64,000 bases of DNA from Dictyostelium discoideum. Taxonomy: Eukaryota. Below the pieces are notes generated by a model that worked only from the letters and a program-made list of their open reading frames with translations, was not told where the DNA came from and made no database searches. Shown here one piece after another: positions 13,884-27,266 of the stretch. The position numbers and the translations under genes are program-made. Numbering within the stretch: position 1 is the first letter of the stretch; every line of letters begins with the position of its first letter. Location: the NCBI GenBank assembly GCA_000004695.1, contig CM000151.3, forward strand, positions 5,920,001 through 5,984,000. Reading direction: 5' to 3'.

Positions 13884-14128
13884 GTTTTGTTGGTTTTGAG
13901 GAAAATTTTTTTTTTCAAAGAATACCAAAATTTAATGGCATATAAAATAATGACTAATTTTTTAAACGAATACACAATAAATTGAATATTTTGTCCAAAA
14001 TTTTATTCAAATCCATTTATTATTTTTTTAAAAATGTTTTGTTTTTTAAATTTTTTCAATATAAATAGTTAATCAAATTGTTTGATTTTTAAAAATTTTA
14101 GAAAATAAAAATTTTTTTATATTAATCT

Positions 14129-14139
14129 GGATTCGAACC
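14129..14139 (-). promoter_or_regulatory. External B box (ex-B box, GGTTCGAATCC) about 33 nt downstream of tRNA-Asn
   Basis: The minus strand reads ...GGCG ATAATTTTTT GGACACGCCCTGTAAAATCACAGGTTCGAATCCAG, i.e. a T6 Pol III terminator followed by an isolated B-box consensus. The ex-B box is a documented feature of many Dictyostelium tRNA genes. Confidence 0.7.
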
Positions 14140-14171
14140 TGTGATTTTACAGGGCGTGTCCAAAAAATTAT

Positions 14172-14244
14172 CGCCTAGACATGGGATCGAACCATGGACC
14201 TAGCGGTTAACAGCCGCTCGCTCTGCCTACTGAGCCATCCAGGC
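14172..14244 (-). tRNA. tRNA-Asn (anticodon GUU)
   Basis: The minus strand reads GCCTGGATGGCTCAGTAGGCAGAGCGAGCGGCTGTTAACCGCTAGGTCCATGGTTCGATCCCATGTCTAGGCG. It folds as a cloverleaf with the anticodon loop CUGUUAA (GTT), a T-loop GGTTCGATCC, an acceptor stem GCCTGGA/TCTAGGC, and a T-run after the 3' end. Confidence 0.9.
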
Positions 14245-14524
14245 ATTTTTGATGAAATTTCAATTTAAATAAAAGGTCAGGTTTTTAAATTTTATCCGAA
14301 AAATGCTTTTTTTTAAATTTACAACTTTCCACCAGGAGTATTGATTTTAATCAATAATCCACTTGATTTTTAATATTTAATATGGTAATTTTAAAAACTT
14401 GACCAAAAATAAAAGTAATTATAATTAATATCTATTTTAAACTGTTACAAGATTTTTTTTTCAGAAAATTCGTTCGTTTTTTTTTTTTTTTCAGTTTAAT
14501 TTTAGATTTTTACGCACAAATAAA

Positions 14525-16105
14525 ATGAATAACCAAGTAAAACCAACTTTATCAAATAAAGCAGAAATAATAAATAAATGGTTAATTGATAATGGTGTAA
14601 GAATTAATAATAAATTAATTAAAATAGTTTATTTAGGAAAGGAAAATAATTTTGAGCAAACTGAAAATACAACAGCAACAACTACTACAAGTGAAAGAAT
14701 AAATGATTCAATTGTATCAGGATTAGGTGTTATTAGTTTAAAAGAATTAAAAGTTGATGATATTGTAGCAAAAATTCCAAAATCAATTATTTTATCGATT
14801 CATACATCCTCAATTTCAAATATATTAGAGAAATATAAAATTGAAAATAATATAGGTACATCGATTGCATTAATACATGAAGCATCATTAGGTGAAAAAT
14901 CAAAATGGTATGGATATATTTCATCATTACCACGTAAAGTTGATGTACCAATTCTATGGGATTCAGAATCAAGAAAGCTTTTAAAAGGTACAGCAATAGA
15001 AGATGTTTTAAATGATGATGATATTTTAATTAATCAAGTTTACGCAGATGTAATTGAATCAATTCTCTCAAAAAATCATCCAGAAATATTTGGAGATAAA
15101 GAACTATATAGTATTGAAAACTTTAAAATTGCAAATTCAATCATTTCATCAAGAGCATTTTGTGTTGATTCTTATCATGGTGACTCATTAGTACCATTGG
15201 CAGATATATTCAATCATCAAACTGCAAGAGAACATGTTCATATTGAATCAAATGGTGATGTCTGTAATAAATGTGGTTCAATTAAAACCTGTAAACATAG
15301 AAAAGTTGTAACTCAACATCATACTGTTAATTCAACAAAAGGTAAAAGAACTCATAAAGTTGCTGGTATACCATCATCTAAAAAACATATTCATAAAGGT
15401 AATTGTTGTTCAACAACAACCACAAAAACTAATGAAGAAGATAAAGATACAATTATTGAAGAAGATGATGAACATTTATATATTAAAGTTGTTAAAGGTG
15501 TTGAAGCAAATAAAGAAGTTTATAATACATATGGTGATCATGATAATGCAATTCTTTTAAGTAAATATGGATTTTTAGAGATGGATAATCCATGTGATAG
15601 ATTATCAATTGATAAACAATTAGTTGATAAAGAATTAGAATTGATTGGAGCAGAGAATCAAATAACTAGAATGGATTTATTTAATCGTATTAGTTTTTAT
15701 GCTGAAATGTTTGATATTGATTCCAGAAATAATCATGCAATTGAAAATGATGGTAGATTAGATGATGCATTAGTTTGTTCAGTTGGTATTGCATTAGCAC
15801 CACAATCAATTTTCCAAAGTTGGAAATCAATGTCTGAACATAAAAGAGAGAAATACTTTGAACAATTAGAAGCTGAAGATATCGTCAAACAAAGTCAATT
15901 AGTACGTAATACTTTATTATCAATTTTAAATAAATTATTTTCAAATTATAATAATTCAAATGAAACAACAGCAACAACAACAATTGAACAAGATCAAGAA
16001 AAATTATCAACTTTAAAAAATCAAAGAGAAATTATTGCTCAATCTTTAAAAATTTGTGAAAAAACTTTAATTAATAAATCAATTAATTATTATAAAAATT
16101 TATAA
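14525..16105 (+). CDS. SET-domain protein lysine methyltransferase (SETD6 / Rubisco-LSMT-like)
   Basis: The 526-aa ORF contains ...SRAFCVDSYHGDSLVPLADIFNHQTAREHVHIE... (the SETD3/SETD6-type LVPLAD(M/I)xNH motif) and YNTYGDHDNAILLSKYGFLE (post-SET), followed by a Rubisco-LSMT-like C-terminal region. Confidence 0.8.
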   Translation: MNNQVKPTLSNKAEIINKWLIDNGVRINNKLIKIVYLGKENNFEQTENTTATTTTSERINDSIVSGLGVISLKELKVDDIVAKIPKSIILSIHTSSISNILEKYKIENNIGTSIALIHEASLGEKSKWYGYISSLPRKVDVPILWDSESRKLLKGTAIEDVLNDDDILINQVYADVIESILSKNHPEIFGDKELYSIENFKIANSIISSRAFCVDSYHGDSLVPLADIFNHQTAREHVHIESNGDVCNKCGSIKTCKHRKVVTQHHTVNSTKGKRTHKVAGIPSSKKHIHKGNCCSTTTTKTNEEDKDTIIEEDDEHLYIKVVKGVEANKEVYNTYGDHDNAILLSKYGFLEMDNPCDRLSIDKQLVDKELELIGAENQITRMDLFNRISFYAEMFDIDSRNNHAIENDGRLDDALVCSVGIALAPQSIFQSWKSMSEHKREKYFEQLEAEDIVKQSQLVRNTLLSILNKLFSNYNNSNETTATTTIEQDQEKLSTLKNQREIIAQSLKICEKTLINKSINYYKNL

Positions 16106-16244
16106 TATAATTAATAAATAAATAAATGAATAAATAATCATTTTGGGTTTTTTAAAAAAAGTTTTTATTTAATAATTAATTTTTAAAGTTTTTCTTTATT
16201 TTTTATTTTTTTTATTTTTTTTTATTTTTTAAAAAAAAATATAT

Positions 16245-18905
<2,661 letters not shown>

Positions 18906-19079
18906 TTTTTTTTTTTTTTTTTATTATTATTATAATCTATTATTTATTTATATTTGTACACATGTGATTTAATGAATTATCGTTTTTTAATTGATACAAC
19001 AATGAATTTTTTGGCCCACTTATACTTTTTTTTTTAAAAAAAAATTTTTAAAAAAAAAAAAAAATTAAAAAACAAAAGA

Positions 19080-19088
19080 GCGCCAAAA
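19080..19088 (-). promoter_or_regulatory. E2F-type site (TTTTGGCGC in the mcm4 sense) 175 bp upstream of the mcm4 ATG
   Basis: GCGCCAAAA is an isolated GC-only octamer inside an otherwise more than 85% AT intergenic region. It matches the E2F consensus TTTSSCGC. Confidence 0.4.
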
Positions 19089-19544
19089 GGATATTTGCCA
19101 TATGTTGAAAATCTGAAAATTTTTAAATTTCCAATAAAAAAAAAAAAAAAATAAAAAATACATGACAATGAATAATTTAAATAAAGAAGAATATGACTTC
19201 TTTAAAAATAACAAAATAATATTAAAAATAATAAAAATTTAAAATAATAAAAAAAATTAAAAAAATATAGAAAAATAGTAAAATAAAAAATAAAAAATTA
19301 ATAAATGTTTGATATCTATGATCGTAATTTGTTTTTGGTTTATTTTATAATAAAATATTAATATTAGACAAAAATAAAGTCCAACTAATGAAATGAACAG
19401 TCTTTCCAAATTAATTAATTAAAAAAAATAAAATAAAAAAAATAAAAAAAAAACAAAAAATTTATTTTTTTTTTTTTTGAATTTTTAAAAAAACGATTGG
19501 TTTCGTTGTTTATAAAAAAAAAAAAAAAAAATCTTATTTTCACT

Positions 19545-19640
19545 TTTGTATATAAATTAATAAATAAATAAATAAAATAAATAAATAAATAAATAAATAA
19601 ATAAACAAATAAATAAATAAATAAATAAACTAATACTAAT
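19545..19640. repeat. (AAAT)n/(AAATAAAT)n microsatellite in the mcm4 / cytochrome-c-synthase divergent promoter
   Basis: The sequence reads taaataaataaataaaataaataaataaat... Confidence 0.85.
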
Positions 19641-19681
19641 AAATAAATAAATTAATATATAAAAGAAAAAAAAAAAAAGAA

Positions 19682-20063
19682 ATGGGTGATGATAATACTA
19701 ATAATACATCAATAACTAAAAGTTCACCAACCGATGCAATGGGAGGTGGTTGCCCAATTGCACATGATATTAATCCAGCCAATCATATGTATAAACCAAA
19801 TCAAAATCCACACCCAGATCAAACTAAACCATTGTCAACCGAAAGAATTACATCAACCATTCCAAGAACTGAAAAAGATAATTGGCAATATCCTTCACCA
19901 CAAATGTTTTTCAATGCAATGAAAAAGAAACAATATGAACCAAAAGAAGAGGATATGAGTGTTGTCATTTCAATTCATAATACTGTAAATGAAAAATGTT
20001 GGGAAGATGTTTTACAATGGGAAAATGATTATAAAGAGTATGTTTAATAATAATAGTAACAAC

Positions 20064-20160
<97 letters not shown>

Positions 20161-20473
20161 TAAAATTAATTGATTTTTAACATAAAAATATAGTGTTTGT
20201 CCAAATCCAAAATTAAAGAAATTTAAAGGAAAAGCAACAGATTTTAGTCCAAAAGCAAAGTTTTTAAATACATTTTTAGGTTATAAATTACCATTTGATA
20301 GACATGATTGGATTGTTGATAGAAATGGTAAAGAAGTACGTTATGTAATTGATTTTTATGAAGGTAGAATTAATAAAGATTCTGGTAAATCAATTGGTAT
20401 CTATATTGATGTTAGACCAGCAATTGATGACTTTTCATCTTTAAAAGATAGGGTTTTACATTTTTTCAAATAA
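19682..20473 (+). CDS. Holocytochrome-c synthase (cytochrome c heme lyase, CCHL/HCCS). It has 2 exons, 19682..20037 and 20194..20473.
   Basis: Exon 1 contains the heme-binding CPIAH motif and [16 protein letters not shown]. The donor is AAAGA|GTATGT. The intron is 156 nt and carries about 35 units of (AAT)n. The acceptor is ATATAG|TG. Exon 2 ([14 protein letters not shown]...[26 protein letters not shown]...) matches the HCCS C-terminus. The predicted product is about 211 aa. Confidence 0.85.
20064..20160. repeat. (AAT)n microsatellite inside the HCCS intron
   Basis: Direct reading. Confidence 0.9.
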
Positions 20474-20623
20474 AAAAAAATAATTAAAATATATAAATAT
20501 AAAAAAAAAAAAACAAATAATAAAAAGTAATAAAAAAATAAATAAATAAATAAATTTTTTTTTTTTTTTTTTAATATATATAAATAATTTACAAATATAT
20601 TTTTATTGAGTTTTATTGAGTTT

Positions 20624-20658
<35 letters not shown>

Positions 20659-20659
20659 T

Positions 20660-23600
20660 TTATAAACTAAATAATTTCATTAATAAATGAATTGTTAAAG
20701 TTACATCTAAAGTTATACCTTCTAATGGGAATTCATCAATATGATTTTTTGATTTTTCCAAGAGATCATCTAATTCTAATTGTAGGGATTTTGTGATTGG
20801 ACCAAATTTAGCTTCAATTTCAAATAAACCAGGACCTAAAGATTTGATATAAATTTTTGTTTTACTAAAACTTGATTCTGGTAATTCACAACGAAGTATC
20901 ATACCTTTCTTTACAAGATCCAATAGAATGAATTTATGAGGTTTAATTGTTGATTTATCTTTTGGTAATGGAGTTAATTGAGTTGTTTTTAATTGTTTCT
21001 TTACGATTGCTTTTTCAAGTTGTTCATTTTGGAATTTAGTTAAATGTTCAAGAGGGGCGGCATCAATTCTAATCGATTTCAAAAGACTATGAAGACGAGT
21101 TAACTCTGATCTCATAACTTTATTCTTTCTTAGAATTGTAGCCAACTCTTTTTCAACATCCAATAGGAAGAGATTGAAATTATCAGGACCACCACCATCC
21201 AAACCATCGGTACATTGATCACGATCAAATGTTCTTAAACGTGAGATTAATTCATTGGATTTATTGATTATTGATAGATTCTCTGAAGAGTTACTACCAG
21301 TTTTAAAGTAATCGATAGCTTCACGAATGATCTCAATGGTATTGGCATTCTTTTTTGGTGGTTGACTCTTTGAAAGGATATCGATCATCCAAAGTTTACA
21401 TTCTTTCCAAAGATCAATGGATTGTTCATTCAATTGATCTAAACGATTGATAAAAGAGAGTTGAATTGAACGATCACCTTGTTCAGGTAATTGAATTGGG
21501 AAATCGATTTCATCTAAATACTTTTTCAATGGCCAATTTTGTGATTTTTGACTAGTCATGATGGCTGGAGTCGATTGTCTTGCGGCTGTAACATATTTAC
21601 CTTTATCCAATTTTGAGTTTATAGCTCTTTCTGCTAAATTTTGAATTGATTTCTCAGAGACCTCTTTCAATGTACCAATATCTTCAAGATCATAAAAGTT
21701 TGAAAGAATAGTTTCATGTAACCAAATGATCTCAGAGATATTAATTACTGAACAAAATTTAATATTATTTTCCAACATGATTTCATTATATTCGCTATAG
21801 TGAATTAATTCATCTAAATCTGGTACTTGTGCCACTTGACAAAGGAATTTATCAGCGGATGATGAATTTTGAATGATCCATTTATTGAGATAAACAGTTG
21901 GGAAATAATTCATCCAAGGTTTTTCAGAGAAAACCGATTGAATTAAACGTGATAATTGTGATAGATTGAAACGACTTTGTTTTGTAATGTATGGATGTTG
22001 AAGTAATACTAATTCATTTAAAAGATCTGGTGATGAAATAATTGGAATAATGAAACGATAAATAATTAAAAAGTAAGAAATATACTTTTCACGATTCTCT
22101 GGTAATTGTTTTGAACGATTATTATTTAAAGTTATATTAGCTGTGGTACTACCACTTTCATCACTTGAAATACCACCGCCATTGTGGTGATTGTTGGTAT
22201 TATTGGTTGGAAAAGCATATTTTGATTTCTCTGCAATTATTCTACAAAGATAACGTAATTGAACTGGTAGTTGTTCAATTGATTTTGTTATACGTTCTAA
22301 GAATGCATTACCAAGCTCAACCAATTGAAGACATCTTGAATTGAAAATAGATACTACATCATTATTTGCCATCAATTGTTCAAATGTTTGATCTAGTGTT
22401 TTCTTTTCACTCTTTTTACCATCTTTTAATTCTTTAGCTATTTGAATCTCTTTTTGAATCCAATAAGGATCAAAATTTAAATTTAAATCAGTTTGATCTA
22501 AAACTTTTAAAATCAATGGAGTTATAATCTCTTTTAAATATTTGAACCCTTTTTTCTTAAAATATTGGTAAAGTAATTTCATTGGCACCGATTCTGATTG
22601 AAGGAAATCTTGTAGGGTTTCAGAGTACTTAATTTGATATTCAATACCAACGGTTAAGGCTTTTAGGAATAAATCCTCTTCACGTGGTGAAATTTCATAT
22701 GGAAACATTGAAAGGAGGAGATTATCAAAAGTTTTACCCATTTGATTTCTATCTAAAAGGAATAACAGCTTACCCATTACCTCTGGTCTGGTTTGAAGAT
22801 AATAAAATAGTGATTGATAGTTTTTCATTTTATTTGGATCCAAACCATTTGGTACACCTTTAACTGGTTTAATGATTACTTTCTTTTGTTTCTTTAGTTT
22901 TTTACCTTCATTTTTATTCTCCAATACACGATCGATTGATTTAGTAAGTTTTTTCAATTCTGCTTGATGATGAGTTGTATTTCTAAGTTCACCAATGATA
23001 TTTCTTTTCAATTCTGTTATATCACCAATTAACTTTGTCATATTATCAGTGAGTGAGGTATCATCGATCATTCTCTTTTGAATTCTAATACAAATTTTAT
23101 ATTCTTTATTGTATTCTATACGTTCTAATTCACTTTGTCTAGTTATACGTTCACGTTCACGTAATTCCCTTTCGAGTCTTTCTGCTTCTAGACGTAAGGC
23201 TTCTTCACGCTCACGTTCAATACGTTCTTCTTCGAGACGTTCAAATTCTTCACGTTCAATACGTTCACGTTCGATACGCTCCATTTCTTCACGTTCAATA
23301 CGTTCTTGTTCGAGACGCTCATACTCTAGACGTTCTTGCTCTTCAAGTTCTTCACGTTCACGCTCTATACGTTCACGTTCAATACGTTCACGTTCTTCAT
23401 ATTCTAAACGCTCACGTTCAATACGTTCCAATTCCTCTAGTTCAATACGCTCACGTTCTAAACGTTCTTGCTCGAGACGCTCTTGCTCTAAACGTTCACG
23501 TTCTAAACGTTCACATTCTAAACGCTCCTGTTCGAGACGTTCACGTTCAAGACGCTCTTGTTCTAATCTTTCTTGTTCTAAACGTTCACGCTCTAAACGT

Positions 23601-24833
23601 TCACGTTCAATACGCTCCTGTTCAAGACGCTCCTGTTCTAAACGTTCACGCTCTAAACGTTCAAGTTCAATACGTTCTTGTTCAATACGTTCCATTTCTT
23701 GTCGTTGTTTCTCTAAACGTTCTCTCTCTAAACGTTCACGCTCTAAACGTTCTTGTTCCAAACGCTCCCTTTCTAAACGCTCCCTTTCTATACGTTCACG
23801 TTCTAAACGTTCACGTTCTAAACGCTCTTGATCAGTTCTATGCTTTTCTTCCCTCTCTTTACGTAAATTTGCAATTGCAGCCTCTGAATTGAATAATGAG
23901 GCAACCAATGCTAAATTTAATTTTGGATGACCTAATGCAATATCAGATGGTGTAAGGAAACATTTTACACCAATCTTTTCACATGCCTTTGTAATTAACT
24001 CAGCTCTTGAGAATAGATTTGATTCTGAATGAATTGTTGAAACTAAATTCTCAAATTCAATTGGTACTAATTGATGAAATAAATGTGAATAAACTACACT
24101 ATCTTGAATATCCTCACTGAAATTACTAATTCTTCTTTCACAACCTTCTTTCTCTAAATGATAATTTACCCATCTTAATAAAATTTCCTCTGCTGAATGT
24201 TCATCTGATTGATTTTGTGTATTATCAACTTCTTTAACTGAATCTTCTTCAAATAATATTTCTAAAATTTCATTTGCATTTTGATTAACTTTTGATAATA
24301 AACCTTGCTAATTAATTAATTTATAAAAAAAAAATAATAATAATTAGATTAATAATTAAATATAATATATTATATAATAATAATAATAATAATAATTACT
24401 TTAATAATTTGCCAAATTACACCTAATACTAAATAGGGTGTTGCATTCATTAAATCTTGTGCACCAATATTTACAATAATACAACCAACTTCAATTGCAT
24501 TTTTAATTACTATATTTTGATTTTGAATCATTTCAAATGGATTCATTTTATTTTTTATACATAGTCCTTTTAAATTAACTTGTGTTAAAAATAATGATTC
24601 CATTAATTTACTAAAAAAAAAAAAAAGAAAAAAATAGATTAATTATTATTATAAATATAAAAATATGAAAGAAAAATAAGTATATAATTTTATATTACTT
24701 TAGTAAAACACCATCTGTACAATTTACAAATAATTGATCAGTTGATGGGTCAATTGGAACATAATTTGATAAAACATCCTCTTGATCTATCAATCTTTCT
24801 GTTATAAATTTTGAATAAGCAACTATTGTTTAG

Positions 24834-24872
<39 letters not shown>

Positions 24873-25217
24873 ATACATATATTGTATAATTATTAAAGTA
24901 AATTTCATTAATTTTAAATGTTTTATATTGTATTATTATTTTTAAAAAAAAAAAATATATTGTTAATATTAATATATATAAGAATAATTTTAAATGTTTT
25001 TTTTTTTATTTTTATTATTTTTATTTTTATTTTTATTTTTACCTTTTTCTTCTTCAGAGAATGTATGAACACTACCATCCTCAGCATTTGCATTGATTAA
25101 TATATTATCTTTTTTAGATATTTTTGCACTTGCTAATACTTCTTGAGTAATGAATGGAGGGTCCATTTTCTTGCTACCTCTATTTAAAGTATTATATCGA
25201 CTATCAGTATATGTCAT
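20660..25217 (-). CDS. A 1385-aa protein that joins a fimbrin-type tandem CH actin-binding domain to an ERLE-repeat coiled coil and an IQGAP-type RasGAP-related domain + RasGAP_C. It has 4 exons: 25217..25043, 24822..24699, 24610..24400 and 24307..20660.
   Basis: Exon 1 reads MTYTDS...HTFSEEEK + G|GTAAAAAT. Exon 2 reads (V)[40 protein letters not shown] + AA|GTAATA. Exon 3 reads NKLMESLF...[34 protein letters not shown]|GTAATT, which is CH1 (plastin: [29 protein letters not shown]). Exon 4 begins after ...AATTAG| and gives CH2 ([44 protein letters not shown]...[12 protein letters not shown] vs plastin [43 protein letters not shown]...KLNLAFVANLFN). Exon 4 then flows into about 200 aa of ERLERERLE repeats and a GRD that matches IQGAP1 ([17 protein letters not shown] vs LFYLLQTNPTYLAKLIF; [14 protein letters not shown] vs LLYYRYMNPAIVAPD; [16 protein letters not shown] vs DVPELQDKFNVDEYSD). 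All splice phases are consistent. Confidence 0.75.
23140..23830. repeat. Degenerate tandem 18-24-nt repeats (cgttcacgttctaaacgttc...) that encode the ERLERERLE coiled-coil array of the IQGAP-like gene
   Basis: The periodicity is visible directly in the sequence. The antisense ORF 23109..23831 (RSRS-rich) is an artefact of this repeat. Confidence 0.85.
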
Positions 25218-25271
25218 TTTTGTATAAATTTATTTTATTATTATAATTATTATAATTATTATTATTATAAA

Positions 25272-25314
<43 letters not shown>

Positions 25315-25317
25315 AGG

Positions 25318-25369
<52 letters not shown>

Positions 25370-26897
25370 CAAAAAAAATAAATAAATAGGAAATAAATTG
25401 AATTACAAATAAAAATAATAATAAATGGAAAAATAAAACAAAAAAAAAAAAATAAAAAAATAAACAAAAAAAAATAAAATAATAAATAAACAATAAAAAT
25501 TATTTTAAATAAATTATTATAATTATTATTATTATTAATAAATTTTATTTATTAAATTCGTATAATTATATTTACTCATAAACAAATTGGGAAAAGGTAT
25601 ACTTTTATTATTGGTATTTTTAATTTCTTTTTTATATTATTATGTACGATGTTCAATTTGAAAGGAAAAAAGATAAAAAAAAAAACAAAAAAAGGTAATC
25701 TAGTTTGATTTTAGAAAAAAAAAAAAAAAAACTACCGTTATTCTTTTATATAGATAAGTTATTTATAAATTTGTTTATTTTTATCGTTTTTCTTATTATT
25801 ATTATTAGATATTGTAAACTAAAAAACTAAAGGAAAAAAAAAAAAAAAAAATTAAAAATAAAATAATGGAAAAAAAAAAAAAGGGGGAAAAAAAAAAATC
25901 TATTAAAGAAATTCCTTTATTAATATCTACCACACACCCCCCTATCTTATTTTTTTTTTCTTTTACTTTCCATATTTAAACCAAAACTAAAATTTGTGTA
26001 CGTGAATGTGTGGTTGCGTGTGTTTTGTTGAATGTGAAAGTATTTTTGTTTTAAATGTGACAAAAACAATAATATCAATAATGATAACTAAAAATAGAAA
26101 TTTGATAATAGCAATAAATGGGGATTACAATAATATTGATCATTTTACATATTCATTTTTTTATTATATATTATTATTATTATATATTAATTATATTATT
26201 TTATTATTATTATTATTATTATTATTTTAATTATTATTATTATTTATTATTAACCAGTAATAACAAATTAACTTACAGAGAGATGTTGATATTTTTGTGT
26301 GGTGACTTTTTGGTAAAAAAAACAAAAAATATTTCGAGATAAAAATAAGTTTATCAAAATGAAAAAAAAAAAAAAAGAAAAAAAAAGAAAAAAAAAGAAA
26401 AAAAAAAAAAATTGATTTTGGGATATTAATAAAAATTTCTTTGAAAAGCTTCCTCATTTTTAAAAACTCTCTTGATATTAAAAAAATAACTTATAAATTA
26501 ATTAAAATTTATTTTTATAATAGTCTAAATTATTTTTTTTTCATTTTGTTGCGGGGATAGAAAAAATCTAGTTTGCAATTTTTTTTTTTTTAAAAAATTT
26601 AAATCTTTTTTTTTTTTTTTTTTTTTTATTGATTATATTATTTTTTTAAAAAAAAAAATTGATTTATTTTTTTTTTATATAATATTTTTTTATTTTTTTT
26701 TTTTTTGTGAGTCTATTTTTTGAAAATTCCATTTTTTTTTTTTTTAATTAATCATACTTTTGATTTTCCAGTCATTTTCAATGATATGAGTAAAGCATAT
26801 CAAATAGGTTTTTGGACGACAAAAAAAAAAAAAAAAAATAAAATAAAAAATAAAAAAAAAATAAAGATTTTCTTATTAAATTATTAAAAACTAAGTA

Positions 26898-26905
26898 TCC
26901 CACAA
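26898..26905 (+). promoter_or_regulatory. DUSE (Dictyostelium upstream sequence element) box TCCCACAA upstream of the Class I RNA gene
   Basis: ATCCCACAAAATAAC matches the [A/T]CCCA[C/T]AA consensus found upstream of Dictyostelium ncRNA genes. The spacing to the RNA 5' end is about 88 nt, which is longer than the typical ~60 nt. Confidence 0.55.
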
Positions 26906-26991
26906 AATAACTTTTTATTAAAAATTTTGTAAATAATTTATTTTATAAATCTATGTTTTAATGTGTAAAACATTAAGTTAACACACAATTA

Positions 26992-27052
26992 AGTTGACCT
27001 TACAGCAAATCTTAAAGCTACTTCATTCTAAGAAAAACTCCTGTCAACTGTC
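26992..27052 (+). ncRNA. Class I ncRNA gene (Dictyostelium DdR-21 family)
   Basis: The sequence is AAGTTGACCTTACAGCAAATCTTAAAGCTACTTCATTCTAAGAAAAACTCCTGTCAACTGTC followed by T15. The 5' AGTTGAC and 3' GTCAACT form a terminal stem. The conserved 11-nt motif CCTTACAGCAA sits directly after the 5' stem arm, and the gene ends in a Pol-III-type T-run. Confidence 0.8.
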
Positions 27053-27158
27053 TTTTTTTTTTTTTTTTTTAATTTCTAATATCCCAAATAAATTGGCAAC
27101 CCACTGTAGGGTTCTGGATAGATTATAATTGAGAACCCTTTGCATTTTGGTATTAACA

Positions 27159-27168
27159 GAATCGAACC
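27159..27168 (-). promoter_or_regulatory. Ex-B box (GGTTCGATTC) about 28 nt downstream of tRNA-His
   Basis: The minus strand reads ...CGGCACTTTTTTGTCTTTAGGTCATATATACAGGTTCGATTCTG, i.e. a T6 terminator followed by an isolated B-box-like element. Confidence 0.6.
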
Positions 27169-27195
27169 TGTATATATGACCTAAAGACAAAAAAG

Positions 27196-27266
27196 TGCCG
27201 CGACCTGGAATCGAACCAGGGTCAACAGAGCCACAATCTGATGTACTACCACTATACTATCACGGC
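27196..27266 (-). tRNA. tRNA-His (anticodon GUG)
   Basis: The minus strand reads GCCGTGATAGTATAGTGGTAGTACATCAGATTGTGGCTCTGTTGACCCTGGTTCGATTCCAGGTCGCGGCA, with the anticodon loop TTGTGGC, and it is near-identical in layout to human tRNA-His-GTG. There is no encoded G-1, as expected in eukaryotes. Confidence 0.9.

Noticed and set aside
13818-13928. N-terminal extension [25 protein letters not shown]... of the 10653-13928 ORF
   Set aside because: It reads through a 50-nt poly-A/T tract. The gene almost certainly starts at the ATG at 13817 (MNESISDHN...).
14100-14171. A second, truncated tRNA downstream of tRNA-Asn (TCACAGGTTCGAATCCAG)
   Set aside because: Only a B-box/T-arm-like segment is present, and no cloverleaf can be built. 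It fits the known ex-B box better.
23109-23831. 240-aa RS-rich plus-strand ORF
   Set aside because: It is the antisense of the ERLERERLE-encoding tandem repeat of the IQGAP-like gene. It has no independent start context or codon bias.
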